Notes: generated from the sequence alone by a model not told the origin. 64,000 nt of DNA from Candidatus Sungiibacteriota bacterium (GCA_016432465.1 CP066690.1:317538-381537); one strand, 5' to 3'. Shown: positions 10,666 to 19,903, counted from the stretch's first letter. Program-made: numbers and translations.

Positions 10666-11943
10666 ATGGCTCGTCCTCTAAATACAGTGCTTGTTGTGGC
10701 CGGACTGGTTGCGGTCATTTTGATTCTGGCTCTGGCGGGAATACTGCCGGGAAGGAAAACCGCCAAGCCCCAGCCCGCTACTTTGGAATTTTGGGGATTG
10801 AAGGACGATGACCTTTTGTGGCGTCCTATTCTGGAAAAATTCAGGAAGGAAAAACCCCACCTTACCGTAAACTATCGGCGTTTTGACGAAATCTCTTACG
10901 AAGAAAACCTTATCAACAAAATGGCCGAGGGCCGCGGTCCGGACATCTTTTTCCTAAAAAACTCATGGGTTGAAAAACATCGCGACAAAATTTTACCCCT
11001 GCCGCAGGAAGTTTTAAAATTTACCGTCAAAGATTTTCAAAAAACTTTTGTAGATGTCGCCTCTCAAGATTTAACCACCAGCGACAATCAAATCCTTGGT
11101 CTGCCCCTTTTTGTGGACACCTTGGCTCTTTTTTATAACAAAGATGTTTTTAACGCCGGGGGCGTGGCCGAAACGCCTAAAACTTGGGGCGAGCTGGAAG
11201 CTGTAGCCAAGAATCTTACCAAAAAAACTGCGGCAGGAGACATCACAAAGTCAGGAGTTGCTCTGGGCGGATCTTCCAACATTGAACACGCGCTTGAGAT
11301 TTTAAGCGCTTTCGTACTGCAGGGGGGTGATAAAATTATAAATCGCGCTAACATGGCGCTGGAACTTGGCGCCCCATCCCGGGAGGCTCTGGATTTTTAT
11401 ACCTCATTTGCCAACGCTAAAAACCCAAACTTTTCCTGGACATTGCGCCAACCTAAGTCTCTGGACGCCTTTTCGCAGGAGCTTACGGCCATGGCCCTTG
11501 GCTTTGCGGATGATCTGCCCAGGGTTAAAGCCAAGAATCCGCATCTTAACTTCGGCGTATCTTTTCTGCCCCAGCGCGCCGATGCCAAAACCTTTGTAAC
11601 TTACGGCAGTTATTTTTTCCCGACCGTATCCCGCCTTTCCAACAATCCGCTTCCTGCTTGGGAGTTTATTCTCTTTGCCGCATCGGCTGATTCTTCAGAA
11701 ATTTATACTAAAAACTCGGGGAAGCCTCCGGCCCGACGCGATCTTCTGGCGAAAAACGCCGCGGCCCTTGAACTGGATATTTTTTATCGTCAGGCCCTTA
11801 CGGCCAAAAGCTGGCCCATTACTGACGAAAAAATAACTCGCCGTCTTTTTGAAGATACGATAGAATCCGTAGTAACCGGGGGAAATACCACAGACACGGC
11901 CTTGAATCGTCTAAGGGAGAAACTTAGTCTTAGTCTGCCATGA
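10666..11943 (+). CDS. ABC-type extracellular solute-binding protein (sugar family)
   Basis: N-terminal anchor, GRGPDIF, LFYNKDVF, TPKTWGEL. Confidence 0.85.
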   Translation: MARPLNTVLVVAGLVAVILILALAGILPGRKTAKPQPATLEFWGLKDDDLLWRPILEKFRKEKPHLTVNYRRFDEISYEENLINKMAEGRGPDIFFLKNSWVEKHRDKILPLPQEVLKFTVKDFQKTFVDVASQDLTTSDNQILGLPLFVDTLALFYNKDVFNAGGVAETPKTWGELEAVAKNLTKKTAAGDITKSGVALGGSSNIEHALEILSAFVLQGGDKIINRANMALELGAPSREALDFYTSFANAKNPNFSWTLRQPKSLDAFSQELTAMALGFADDLPRVKAKNPHLNFGVSFLPQRADAKTFVTYGSYFFPTVSRLSNNPLPAWEFILFAASADSSEIYTKNSGKPPARRDLLAKNAAALELDIFYRQALTAKSWPITDEKITRRLFEDTIESVVTGGNTTDTALNRLREKLSLSLP

Positions 11944-12947
11944 AAATTATCCGCTATCGCACGCTTTCTTTTTGGACCGCAACAACTGGTTTGGTTTTAA
12001 TTGCGGCTGTTTTCGCAATACCATTTTTTGTTTCTGCTCAAGGTATAATCCCGCAGTGTCCGGACCGAATTATTGTTGATTCTGCGGGCAAAGAGCTGCA
12101 AAGGATTCCCAACGTCTGTACGGCCTGCGACCTTTTTAACCTTTCTCAAAGTGTACTTAATTTTGTCTGGAGGCTATCTGCGGTAGGGGCTGCCCTGATG
12201 CTTGGTTACGGCGGGTTTTTGATGATTGTGCCGGGAATTGGCGGAGAAAAATCAGCAGCCATGTATGAGAAGGGTAAAAAGGTCCTAACCAACACAGTTA
12301 TTGGCCTTGTGATTATCTTCTTTGCATGGCTGGCCGTAGATACTATAATAAAAGTGTTGGGGGGGAAAATAGCAGCTGGCTTTGGCGAAAATACGGAATA
12401 TCTGGGCGGCGGAGGCTTTGAATTCGGACCATGGAACCGGATTAACTGTTCGCCCCCGGAAACCAGAAAAGTTGTAGCATCGCCCGCAACAAAACCAACA
12501 ACACCTACGCCAGCCCCCATTCCATCCCCCACCACTAGTCCAACCCTAAATCACGCCGAAGCTCTTGGGATTTTTGCTGCTAATCGTATAAAAATTGAAT
12601 CCAAGGGAAACTGTGATGACCGAAACAGCGCCGTCTGTACTTCTCTTGAGGGCCTAAGGAGAACCACCCTCAATCGTGTAGTACTGTTTAAACTGGAATG
12701 TAACTGCGAGGTTACCGTAAGCGGAGGAACAGAGACGGGACACGAAGCAGGACAGTTTAGTCATGCCAGCGGGTATAAGGTTGATATTAAAAGAACAGCA
12801 GCGGTTGACTCCTATATCACCCGTAACTACCGCAACGCAGGAAAACGCAGTGACGGAGCACAAATTTTTGTTGCGCCGGACGGAGCAGAGTTTGCGCGTG
12901 AAAGCAGTCACTGGGACGTAAGGGGGTGGGATGTAACCGTCCGCTAA
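11940..12947 (+). CDS. VirB2/TrbC-like pilin fused to an M15-like peptidoglycan peptidase domain
   Basis: pilin helices (YGGFLMI...KGKKVLTNTVIGLVIIFFAW), PT-rich linker, SHASGYKVD...HWD. Confidence 0.65.
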   Translation: MKIIRYRTLSFWTATTGLVLIAAVFAIPFFVSAQGIIPQCPDRIIVDSAGKELQRIPNVCTACDLFNLSQSVLNFVWRLSAVGAALMLGYGGFLMIVPGIGGEKSAAMYEKGKKVLTNTVIGLVIIFFAWLAVDTIIKVLGGKIAAGFGENTEYLGGGGFEFGPWNRINCSPPETRKVVASPATKPTTPTPAPIPSPTTSPTLNHAEALGIFAANRIKIESKGNCDDRNSAVCTSLEGLRRTTLNRVVLFKLECNCEVTVSGGTETGHEAGQFSHASGYKVDIKRTAAVDSYITRNYRNAGKRSDGAQIFVAPDGAEFARESSHWDVRGWDVTVR

Positions 12948-13023
12948 AATTAATTAAGTAAACCTATGGATTACGTTTCAGCCACATTTTTAATCAATTT
13001 AATAGTTTTTTATATCGTCACCA

Positions 13024-13383
13024 ATGAGTTGGTTGAACTTTAGGAGGGTGTTTTTAGGATTTGGGGTCTGGCTAAACTGTGTTATACTTACCTTGGTTCG
13101 CTCAACTGTTGTTTTTGCTCAGACCGAAATTCCCAACCCCATCAAATCGCAAGACTTCGGGGAGCTGGTAAAAACCATTGCCCGGGGAATACAGACTATT
13201 GCCTTGCCCTTGGCCGTTGTGGCCATTGTTTTTGCCGGTTTTCAGATGATTATTTCGTCCGGCAACGAGGCCAAGCTCAAGGAGGCCAAAAAAACACTGA
13301 CTTGGGTTTTGGTGGGAACAGCCATTGTGGTTGGGGCAACGGTTCTGGCTGAAGTTATGGTAAACTTTGCCAAAACATTATAA
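13024..13383 (+). CDS. VirB2/TrbC-like pilin
   Basis: IPNPI...AIVFAGFQMIISSGNEAKLKEAKKTLTWVLVG. Confidence 0.8.
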   Translation: MSWLNFRRVFLGFGVWLNCVILTLVRSTVVFAQTEIPNPIKSQDFGELVKTIARGIQTIALPLAVVAIVFAGFQMIISSGNEAKLKEAKKTLTWVLVGTAIVVGATVLAEVMVNFAKTL

Positions 13384-13420
13384 AAGGTCGACCTTAGTTA
13401 ATCACCATAGAAAAAATATA

Positions 13421-13774
13421 ATGTCTAAACTATTAAAACTCTATCCTACCTTCGTGGTCGGCGCTTCCCTTCTGCCGTTGGTGGCCGGGGCGCAAACCCC
13501 CCAAACTCTGTCAGACATCATTCAAAAGATTAGCGGCACCCTGCAAACAATTATTGGAGTCCTTTTTGTTCTGGCCACGGTCATATTTCTCTGGGGAGTG
13601 ATAAAATTTGTTGCCAGTGCCGGCGATGAAACTGCACGCAGCAAGGCCAAGGGTATTATGACTTGGGGCATAATTGGGCTGGCAGTAATGGCAGCCACTT
13701 GGGCAGTAGTTAATATACTGGTTAACTACTTCGTTGGCACTGATGCCGGCATACCACGGGGGCCGCGTCAATAA
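13421..13774 (+). CDS. VirB2/TrbC-like pilin
   Basis: FLWGVIKFVASAGDETARSKAKGIMTWGIIGL. Confidence 0.8.
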   Translation: MSKLLKLYPTFVVGASLLPLVAGAQTPQTLSDIIQKISGTLQTIIGVLFVLATVIFLWGVIKFVASAGDETARSKAKGIMTWGIIGLAVMAATWAVVNILVNYFVGTDAGIPRGPRQ

Positions 13775-13797
13775 CCAAAAATGTCAGCAACGAGAGT

Positions 13798-14046
13798 ATG
13801 ACAACCATTGCCGACCTCATTAAAAAAATAGAGATCGGACTTTTGAATCCGCTGATAAGTCTGCTTTTTGTTGTAGCCACGGTTGTTTTTTTCTGGGGCA
13901 TTATTCAGTATGTGATCGGTGGTCATGGAGACCCCAAAAAACTTGACCAAGGTAAACAGGCAATGTTTTGGGGAATTATCGGAATGTTTATCATGCTCTC
14001 GGCTTGGGCCATTGTAAATATTCTTGCGAATTTTTTTAAACTCTGA
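13798..14046 (+). CDS. VirB2/TrbC-like pilin
   Basis: FFWGIIQYV...GKQAMFWGIIGMFIM; paralog of the upstream gene. Confidence 0.8.
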   Translation: MTTIADLIKKIEIGLLNPLISLLFVVATVVFFWGIIQYVIGGHGDPKKLDQGKQAMFWGIIGMFIMLSAWAIVNILANFFKL

Positions 14047-14066
14047 GAAGTAATTAGGTGATAATC

Positions 14067-14106
14067 CAACCCCGCCCTTTGGGTTTCTCCCCAAAGGGCG
14101 GGGTTG
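14067..14106. repeat. 17-bp perfect inverted repeat (CCCGCCCTTT family; may double as a terminator)
   Basis: CAACCCCGCCCTTTGGG-N6-CCCAAAGGGCGGGGTTG. Confidence 0.85.
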
Positions 14107-14143
14107 AAATTTGAGCAATTTTTGACTATGATAAAGTTGTGGG

Positions 14144-14250
14144 CTCGCCCCGTTAGAGATTTAGATTGGATATCCTGGTGCACGTTTAAGAACCGAAGTT
14201 AAAGGTATGACTTCTTTTTAGGGCTCACCCTACATCTCTAACGGGGCGAG
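14144..14250. mobile_element. MITE-like element, CCCGTTAGA...TCTAACGGG family
   Basis: 17-bp perfect terminal IR; right arm overlaps the first 7 nt of tRNA-Leu. Confidence 0.65.
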
Positions 14251-14327
14251 TAGCCGAATTGGTATAGGCGCTAGGCCTAGGACCTAGTGGTCGAAAGGCC
14301 GTGGAGGTTCGAGTCCTCTCTCGCCCA
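14244..14327 (+). tRNA. tRNA-Leu(TAG)
   Basis: GGGCGAG/CTCGCCC acceptor, CTAGG-CCTAGGA-CCTAG anticodon arm, long variable arm, GTTCGAG. Confidence 0.92.
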
Positions 14328-14330
14328 TTT

Positions 14331-14485
14331 GCCCGTGTAGTTTAACGGCAAAACAACCCCACCCTTTGCCCAAGTAGCTCAGTTGGTAGAGCACGATCAT
14401 GGTAAGATCGGGGTCCGCGGTTCGATTCCGCGCTTGGGCTGAACAAAGAGCGGGGTAAACGAGAGTTCAACTCTCTCCTCGGGCT
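14331..14485 (+). pseudogene. split outer tRNA (Thr-like) enclosing tRNA-Thr(GGT)
   Basis: 5' half GCCCGTG-TA-GTTT..AAAC-A-ACCCC; 3' half GGGGT-AAAC-GAGAG-TTCAACT-CTCTC-CTCGGGC-T. Confidence 0.8.
14368..14440 (+). tRNA. tRNA-Thr(GGT), nested
   Basis: complete 73-nt cloverleaf, CGATC-ATGGTAA-GATCG. Confidence 0.95.
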
Positions 14486-14527
14486 CTGTTAAACATCGAG
14501 TGTTTAACATTAATTAATCAAATAGCT

Positions 14528-14648
14528 ATGGCCCAACTTAATCTCATACGATTGCAGTGTACTGTCTGCAAACGCATCAAAGCCGACGCGTCGGTCGGCT
14601 CCCCGACTTCACTATCGTATTTAAGATCGTGCGTCGGGGCTACTGGAC
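14528..14648 (+). pseudogene. rpmG: rpmG 5' relic interrupted by a 59-bp palindromic insertion
   Basis: MAQLNLIRLQCTVCKRI, insertion 14581-14639, then resumes C-TAC-TGG-AC (N/YWT). Confidence 0.8.
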
Positions 14649-14660
14649 TTAAATAAAAAT

Positions 14661-14822
14661 ATGCCGCAACTAAATTTAATAAGGTTACAGTGTACCACTT
14701 GTAAACGCTATAACTACTGGACGCGAAAAAATATCCGCAAAGTTGAGCGGAAACTTCAGTTTAAAAAATACTGCAAATGGGATCGGAAACATACACTACA
14801 TAAAGAAGCCAAGAAGACGTAG
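14661..14822 (+). CDS. rpmG: 50S ribosomal protein L33 (53 aa, not in the ORF track)
   Basis: MPQLNLIRLQCTTCKRYNYWTRKNIRKVERKLQFKKYCKWDRKHTLHKEAKKT; lies between tRNA-Thr and tRNA-Trp. Confidence 0.93.
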   Translation: MPQLNLIRLQCTTCKRYNYWTRKNIRKVERKLQFKKYCKWDRKHTLHKEAKKT

Positions 14823-14836
14823 CTGTTCCTGAAAGT

Positions 14837-14992
14837 GGGTGCGTGGCGCAATTGGTGGCGCGTCGGTCTCCAATCCCGCCCTTTCATTGGGGGTGTAAGC
14901 TTAGCGGTAAACTGCGGGTCTCCAAAACCCGACTCCTCCGTTCGAATCGGAGCACCCCCGTTGAAAGGGCGGGACGAGCCCTGGCGCACCCG
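14837..14992 (+). pseudogene. split outer tRNA-Trp enclosing an intact tRNA-Trp
   Basis: 5' half GGGTGCG..TCGGT-CTCCAA; 3' remnant CGAGCCCTGG-CGCACCC-G pairs with the 5' acceptor. Confidence 0.82.
14889..14960 (+). tRNA. tRNA-Trp(CCA), nested
   Basis: GGGGGTG/CACCCCC acceptor, CGGGT-CTCCAAA-ACCCG, CTCCG-TTCGAAT-CGGAG. Confidence 0.93.
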
Positions 14993-15196
14993 ATACTAAA
15001 AGATAACCGCAACCTGCGCGGTTATTTTGGTTGGGTTGGGCTGGACTTGATAGAAAGCTGTAAGAAAGCTAACCTAAAGTTTTTCCCGGCACACACGCAC
15101 TATTGACACTTAGAAAGAAGTACGTTACAATAATAGATAGAGCCGGGGCCAAATCTACGCCGGCTTCAGGAAAAAACTAGAAAGGAGAGTATAGGC

Positions 15197-16078
15197 ATGA
15201 GTAAAACAATGGTTGTTGCCCCAATCATTGGAGCACTCGTAAAGAGCGAGGATATTCTTGGAAAAGATAGAGACTGGAACGCTATCAATGGGGACCAAAG
15301 CTATTTTCTGGAACGGTTCTTTGCTGCCAAAAATGAACTTCCCAGATACTCAGATAAAGAGCTTCGTAGCTGGGTAAGCTGGGTAGCGTCGGAGCTGAAC
15401 GAGATCCTCAAGAAGGAAGGGTTTGACATTCAACTCAAAGACTTCGATCCAAGGACTTTCGGCGTCGTATCGATTCTTGATGTTCTAGTGGAGTGGTTAG
15501 CGGAGGGTAGCAAAGATAACCTTCGGGTCGGAGGTGTTAGTTACCCCGCGGTTAGGATGAAGCCCGCTGCTGAAGTTGATGGCACATTCAAAACCGTCTT
15601 TGAAGTTTATAGCTCACCTCGGCACCGGCATCCAATTGTAGTGCTTCATACAAAGTCTGGCGATAAACTTTACATGACAGTCGCTGATGGAGCCATGGAT
15701 GGTTTCCGTCTCACCACCAAGATCGATGAAATCCGCGGGAGCTTACAGCCCGATAGAACACGCTATACCTATCTGAGGTTTCCGATGGTTGATCTCAACC
15801 AAGAGATAGATATTAGTTGGCTAATCGGGATGTGGACTGGCCAAGATTCCATCTCTCAAGCCCTACAACAAACAAAGTTCAAAATGAACCAGTTGGGGGC
15901 AAGAGTAAAGAGTGCCGTAGCGATTGCAGTGACACGAAGTGTTAATCGGGAGGTTGGACTAGATATTGACCAACCCTTCTACCTCTGGATTGAAAGGGAC
16001 GGTGTTACGGTACCCGTAATGTATGCCTACCTCGATCAAGAGGACTGGAAAAACCCGGGCAATCTATCCGAGATGTAG
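15197..16078 (+). CDS. serpin-like protein (short, divergent)
   Basis: C-terminus SQALQQTKFKMNQLGARVKSAVAIAVTRS...IDQPFYLWIE resembles serpin s5A-hinge-RCL-signature. Confidence 0.5.
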   Translation: MSKTMVVAPIIGALVKSEDILGKDRDWNAINGDQSYFLERFFAAKNELPRYSDKELRSWVSWVASELNEILKKEGFDIQLKDFDPRTFGVVSILDVLVEWLAEGSKDNLRVGGVSYPAVRMKPAAEVDGTFKTVFEVYSSPRHRHPIVVLHTKSGDKLYMTVADGAMDGFRLTTKIDEIRGSLQPDRTRYTYLRFPMVDLNQEIDISWLIGMWTGQDSISQALQQTKFKMNQLGARVKSAVAIAVTRSVNREVGLDIDQPFYLWIERDGVTVPVMYAYLDQEDWKNPGNLSEM

Positions 16079-16540
16079 GCACCAAGGGGTGTACGTGAGG
16101 AAACTCCGTACGCCCTATTTTTTATACAAAAGTGTTTGAGAAAGGCGAGTTTGACTTTTTTCTGAAATGGTCTAAACTATAGATAGTTTTGGGGAGACAG
16201 CATAGAACTGTTTTCCCGAGTAATCAACAAGGGAAGATGACCATGGGGTGGACTACATCTTTTCTCTGTTATATCTTAGGACACAAATGGTGTGTCTTAC
16301 CTGACGAGCTTAGATACTCTCTTGTCAGTAGAATGTTGTGTCGGCGTTGTGGTGGTTCTAAGGTAACCGCCATACACGCCGCCTTGGGTGACGAAGACCA
16401 TTAGGGGGGCGTATGTGGGGTTGCTCTCACACACGCCCCGTTTTTTATGCAGAAACTCCACTAAAATCTGGGGATGACCGCCAGCCGACTTCAAAGACTG
16501 ACGCGGATAAGAAAAGAGAAACCGAGCGAACATGCTCGGC

Positions 16541-16960
16541 TTAATCATAAAGTTGCCACGGGAGAGCTTCATTTCTGAAGTTAAACCCACGGGCCACTTT
16601 AAAGGCGGTAGTCAAAAATCTTTTTGTGGGCTCATCAAGCTTCTCAAAACTTTCCAACCAAAGTTTTTTCGTCTCCTCTGGTAATGCATACGCGTCAAAA
16701 TGGGGACTAGTGGTTACCACGCTTCCTGTCAAACATAATGCCCTTATAAACTCCGTTAGTTCTTCAGATTTCGGGTACGGTCCGTCCCAGTCAAATCCGA
16801 GATTCCCAAAGAAGTCGGGCTTTCCCGCTACGTGAGGCATATTCTTTAACTTGTAAAACAGCGTATGCCACGGTTCAGGAATGCGAAACGAAAACGGTAC
16901 CCCACCCTGATGCAACAAAAGAACTAAGTATTTTACAAAATCGCCCAGCGTTACTTCCAT
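16541..16960 (-). CDS. hypothetical protein
   Basis: 139-aa ORF with GGGAG RBS. Confidence 0.6.
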   Translation of the reverse strand: MEVTLGDFVKYLVLLLHQGGVPFSFRIPEPWHTLFYKLKNMPHVAGKPDFFGNLGFDWDGPYPKSEELTEFIRALCLTGSVVTTSPHFDAYALPEETKKLWLESFEKLDEPTKRFLTTAFKVARGFNFRNEALPWQLYD

Positions 16961-17157
16961 TCAAGTCTCCCTGCAAAATCTATCTACGAGTATACTAGCT
17001 TACTGCTTTATAAGTAGCAACCCAGTGTATAATGCAACCCAATTTTGGACTCTTGAGGGGAAGTCAAACTTCCCTGAGGCAAATAAATTGGTAATGACTC
17101 GGGCTGAAGCGTCAGCATAAATTGTATCAGTTAAAGTCGTTTTTATGTTTACGGGGT

Positions 17158-17334
17158 TTTACGAGGTTCAACCTCGTAAATAAGGATTTATCTTAACATT
17201 CATTAGACGATCGTCCATAGAGTGTTAAGATAAGTTTTAGCCGACTAAAAACCCCTCTTTTACTCCTTCTGCCGGTCGTTCCAACAAACGTCGGCTTTAC
17301 ATTTTTAAAGAGTTTACGAGGTTAAACCTCGTAA
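17158..17334. repeat. cluster of short palindromes
   Basis: two TTACGAGGTT-x-AACCTCGTAA copies flanking TTATCTTAACA..CGATCG..TGTTAAGATAA. Confidence 0.75.
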
Positions 17335-17452
17335 GATATACGCGCCGTTCTTTTTTATGCAAAAGTATCCGAAAGAGACGAGTTTGACTTTTTTAGTAGA
17401 CTTGTTAAAATTATATTAGTTCTAGCATCAGTTTACTGGAGGGAGGAAGACC

Positions 17453-17650
17453 ATGGAACGAATGACGGTAAAAAAGAAAGTGGGCGAGACCGATAGAGTT
17501 TTGCTTTATGGGACTGACCATAATTACCACCTTATAGCTCGCACAGTGGATGATGTGGAAGTTGGCGACACGGTGGAATATGAGCCGTATGGGGTGAATT
17601 TTGGTTGGTTCAAGCGAGTAATTTATCGTCCCTCGTCAAAAGCGGTGTGA
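17453..17650 (+). CDS. small hypothetical protein
   Basis: GGAGG RBS and upstream TTGACT-N16-TAAAAT promoter. Confidence 0.6.
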   Translation: MERMTVKKKVGETDRVLLYGTDHNYHLIARTVDDVEVGDTVEYEPYGVNFGWFKRVIYRPSSKAV

Positions 17651-17728
17651 TAATATCAATCCGCTTTTTCATTTGATAATAGCTAAATTAAATGATAACT
17701 TTGGAACGAAGAACTCTTCATCCCCCAT

Positions 17729-18259
17729 ATGGCTTCTCTCTTTTTTATTTTTATAACTTTGGTGCTTGCCGGGGCGGTTTTATTTTTAATTATTGAGTTT
17801 TACGTGGTAATAATAGGAGAATTTTTTGGGGCCCCATACGTAAAATCTAAAAAAGACAAAATAAAAACAATGCTGGAGCTTGCCCAGATTAAACCCGGAG
17901 AAAAGGTGATTGATCTTGGTTCGGGAGACGGTTCTCTTGTGACTGAAGCCGCGGGGCGCGGCGCAGAAGCAATTGGTGTTGAAATAAACCCCTTTCTTGT
18001 CTGGTACTCAAGATGGCGTATCAAAAAAGCCAATCTTCAGGATAAGACAAAGATTATCCGCGGCGACTTCAGAAACTTTTCTTTGGATCAGGCGAATGTT
18101 GTTTTTCTTTATCTCTGGCCGGAGACAGTAGCAAAACTTAAAGAAAAACTTATCAGAGAACTGCGGCCGGGAGCAAGGGTTATATCCAACGGTTTTCCTC
18201 TTGCCGGCTGGCACCCTCAAGCCGCAGAAAACGGCGTATTTCTCTACCGGCGCCGCTGA
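17729..18259 (+). CDS. membrane-anchored SAM-dependent methyltransferase
   Basis: GAPYV, IDLGSGDG, GVEINP, VVFLYL. Confidence 0.85.
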   Translation: MASLFFIFITLVLAGAVLFLIIEFYVVIIGEFFGAPYVKSKKDKIKTMLELAQIKPGEKVIDLGSGDGSLVTEAAGRGAEAIGVEINPFLVWYSRWRIKKANLQDKTKIIRGDFRNFSLDQANVVFLYLWPETVAKLKEKLIRELRPGARVISNGFPLAGWHPQAAENGVFLYRRR

Positions 18260-18305
18260 ATTGCCTTTATTTTATAAATGCCTATACTGGAAACTGGCAG
18301 AAAAC

Positions 18306-19829
18306 ATGGACGGAGATGAAATTCTAAAAATAAACGGGGAGATATTTCAAGTGGCCGAAGGAGGACAGAGGCCAACCAGCGCAATTACTAAAGAATATCT
18401 TGCCCAAAAAGGGCTTCCTGCTGATATTGCACTGACTTTCGAGGACGTGACCATTTTAGATTTTAAGTCTGACGTCCCTTCCCGCAGCGCTATTACCGAC
18501 ACCAAATCGCGTCTGGCCCGCGATATTTTTTTGCAAACACCTATTGTCTCGGCCAACATGGATACCATTACCGAATCACAGATGGCTATAGCTCTCGCGC
18601 GACTGGGAGGACTGGGATTCATACATCAATTTCTTCCCATAGAGCGAAGGGTGGAAGAAATAAAAAAAGTGAAACGCGCTGACAGCGGAGTCATTGAAAA
18701 CCCGTTTAACATTTCGCCCGAAGCAACCGTGGCCGAGGCAAAAAACTCAATGGAGAATTTTCAGATTTCCGGCCTCCTAGTTATTGACCCCGTAAGTGCC
18801 AAACTGGTGGGCATCATCACCTCCCGCGATGTCCGGTTTGAGACGATGCTTGAAAAACGAGTGGCGGAGGTTATGACCAACTCTCCGCTCATTACCGCCC
18901 CGCCCGGAACCACACTTGAACAAGCACGTGTAATCTTAAAGAAAAATAAAATTGAAAAACTGCCCCTGGTGGATAATGAGGAACGCGTAGTGGGCTTAAT
19001 TACGGCCAAAGACCTTCTAAAAATTGAGCAATACCCCAAGGCCCTCCGCGATCCAAAGGGCCGCCTTAGGGTGGGAGCAACCATAGGGGTCAGCGGAAAA
19101 TTTATAGAAGAGGCCGACCAGCTTCTCCGCGCCGGGGCAGACATTATCCTTATAGATACGGCTCGCGGATTTTCAACGAAACTTGAAGAAGCAATTAAAA
19201 ACTTAAAAAATTCTTTAGGAGAAAAAGTAATAATTGCCGCCGGCAATGTTGATACACCCGAGGGAGCGTTACTTTTAATAGAAGCCGGCGCCGATGCCGT
19301 GAAAATTGGAATTGGCGGAGGCGCGGTTTGTAAAACCCGTGAGGGCCCGGGAGTGGGAGTGCCGCAAATCAGCGCGATTGCCGAGTGTACGGCCGTTGCC
19401 CTTAAACACCGTGTCCCCATAATTGCGGATGGAGGAATTAGAGGCGGGGCTGATTTTTGCAAAGCATTAGCGGCCGGAGCTTCCACCGTAATGATGGGCT
19501 GGATGTTTGCCGGATGCGAGGAAACGCCCGGAGAACCTTTTTATGAGGACGGAGAGCAATGGAAGATTTATCGCGGATCGGCCTCGCTTGAATTTCAACT
19601 ATCGCGATCGGACCGCGACGAAGGAGAAAGAGTCCGCACGCCAGAGGGAGTGCCGAGACGCGTCCGCTACAAAGGGGAAGCCGCTGATGTGATACACGAA
19701 CTTATGAGCTACCTCCGCTCTTCTATGAGTTATGTAGGCACCTGGACACTGGAGGAGTACAGAAAAAAAACAAGGTTTAGGAGACAGACCATTTCCGGAT
19801 ACGAGGAGGGAAAACCGGCAAGACCATAA
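18306..19829 (+). CDS. guaB: IMP dehydrogenase / GMP reductase family with CBS pair
   Basis: PIVSANMDT, CBS domains, KIGIGGGAVCKTR, IIADGGI, YRGSAS, PEGV. Confidence 0.88.
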   Translation: MDGDEILKINGEIFQVAEGGQRPTSAITKEYLAQKGLPADIALTFEDVTILDFKSDVPSRSAITDTKSRLARDIFLQTPIVSANMDTITESQMAIALARLGGLGFIHQFLPIERRVEEIKKVKRADSGVIENPFNISPEATVAEAKNSMENFQISGLLVIDPVSAKLVGIITSRDVRFETMLEKRVAEVMTNSPLITAPPGTTLEQARVILKKNKIEKLPLVDNEERVVGLITAKDLLKIEQYPKALRDPKGRLRVGATIGVSGKFIEEADQLLRAGADIILIDTARGFSTKLEEAIKNLKNSLGEKVIIAAGNVDTPEGALLLIEAGADAVKIGIGGGAVCKTREGPGVGVPQISAIAECTAVALKHRVPIIADGGIRGGADFCKALAAGASTVMMGWMFAGCEETPGEPFYEDGEQWKIYRGSASLEFQLSRSDRDEGERVRTPEGVPRRVRYKGEAADVIHELMSYLRSSMSYVGTWTLEEYRKKTRFRRQTISGYEEGKPARP

Positions 19830-19903
19830 TTGTACCTCCGATCCCTTTACAAATTATTTGAAACCTACATAATGGTCCGTAGGCCCTTGAAAGGAGAATC
19901 AGT

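Noticed and set aside
14756-15106. ORFs 14756..14989 and 14843..15106
   Set aside because: They overlap rpmG and the tRNA-Trp structures; spurious.
18761-19486. Long antisense ORFs (this one and similar ones over gyrA, lon, rny, nusA)
   Set aside because: Shadows of well-supported genes on the opposite strand.
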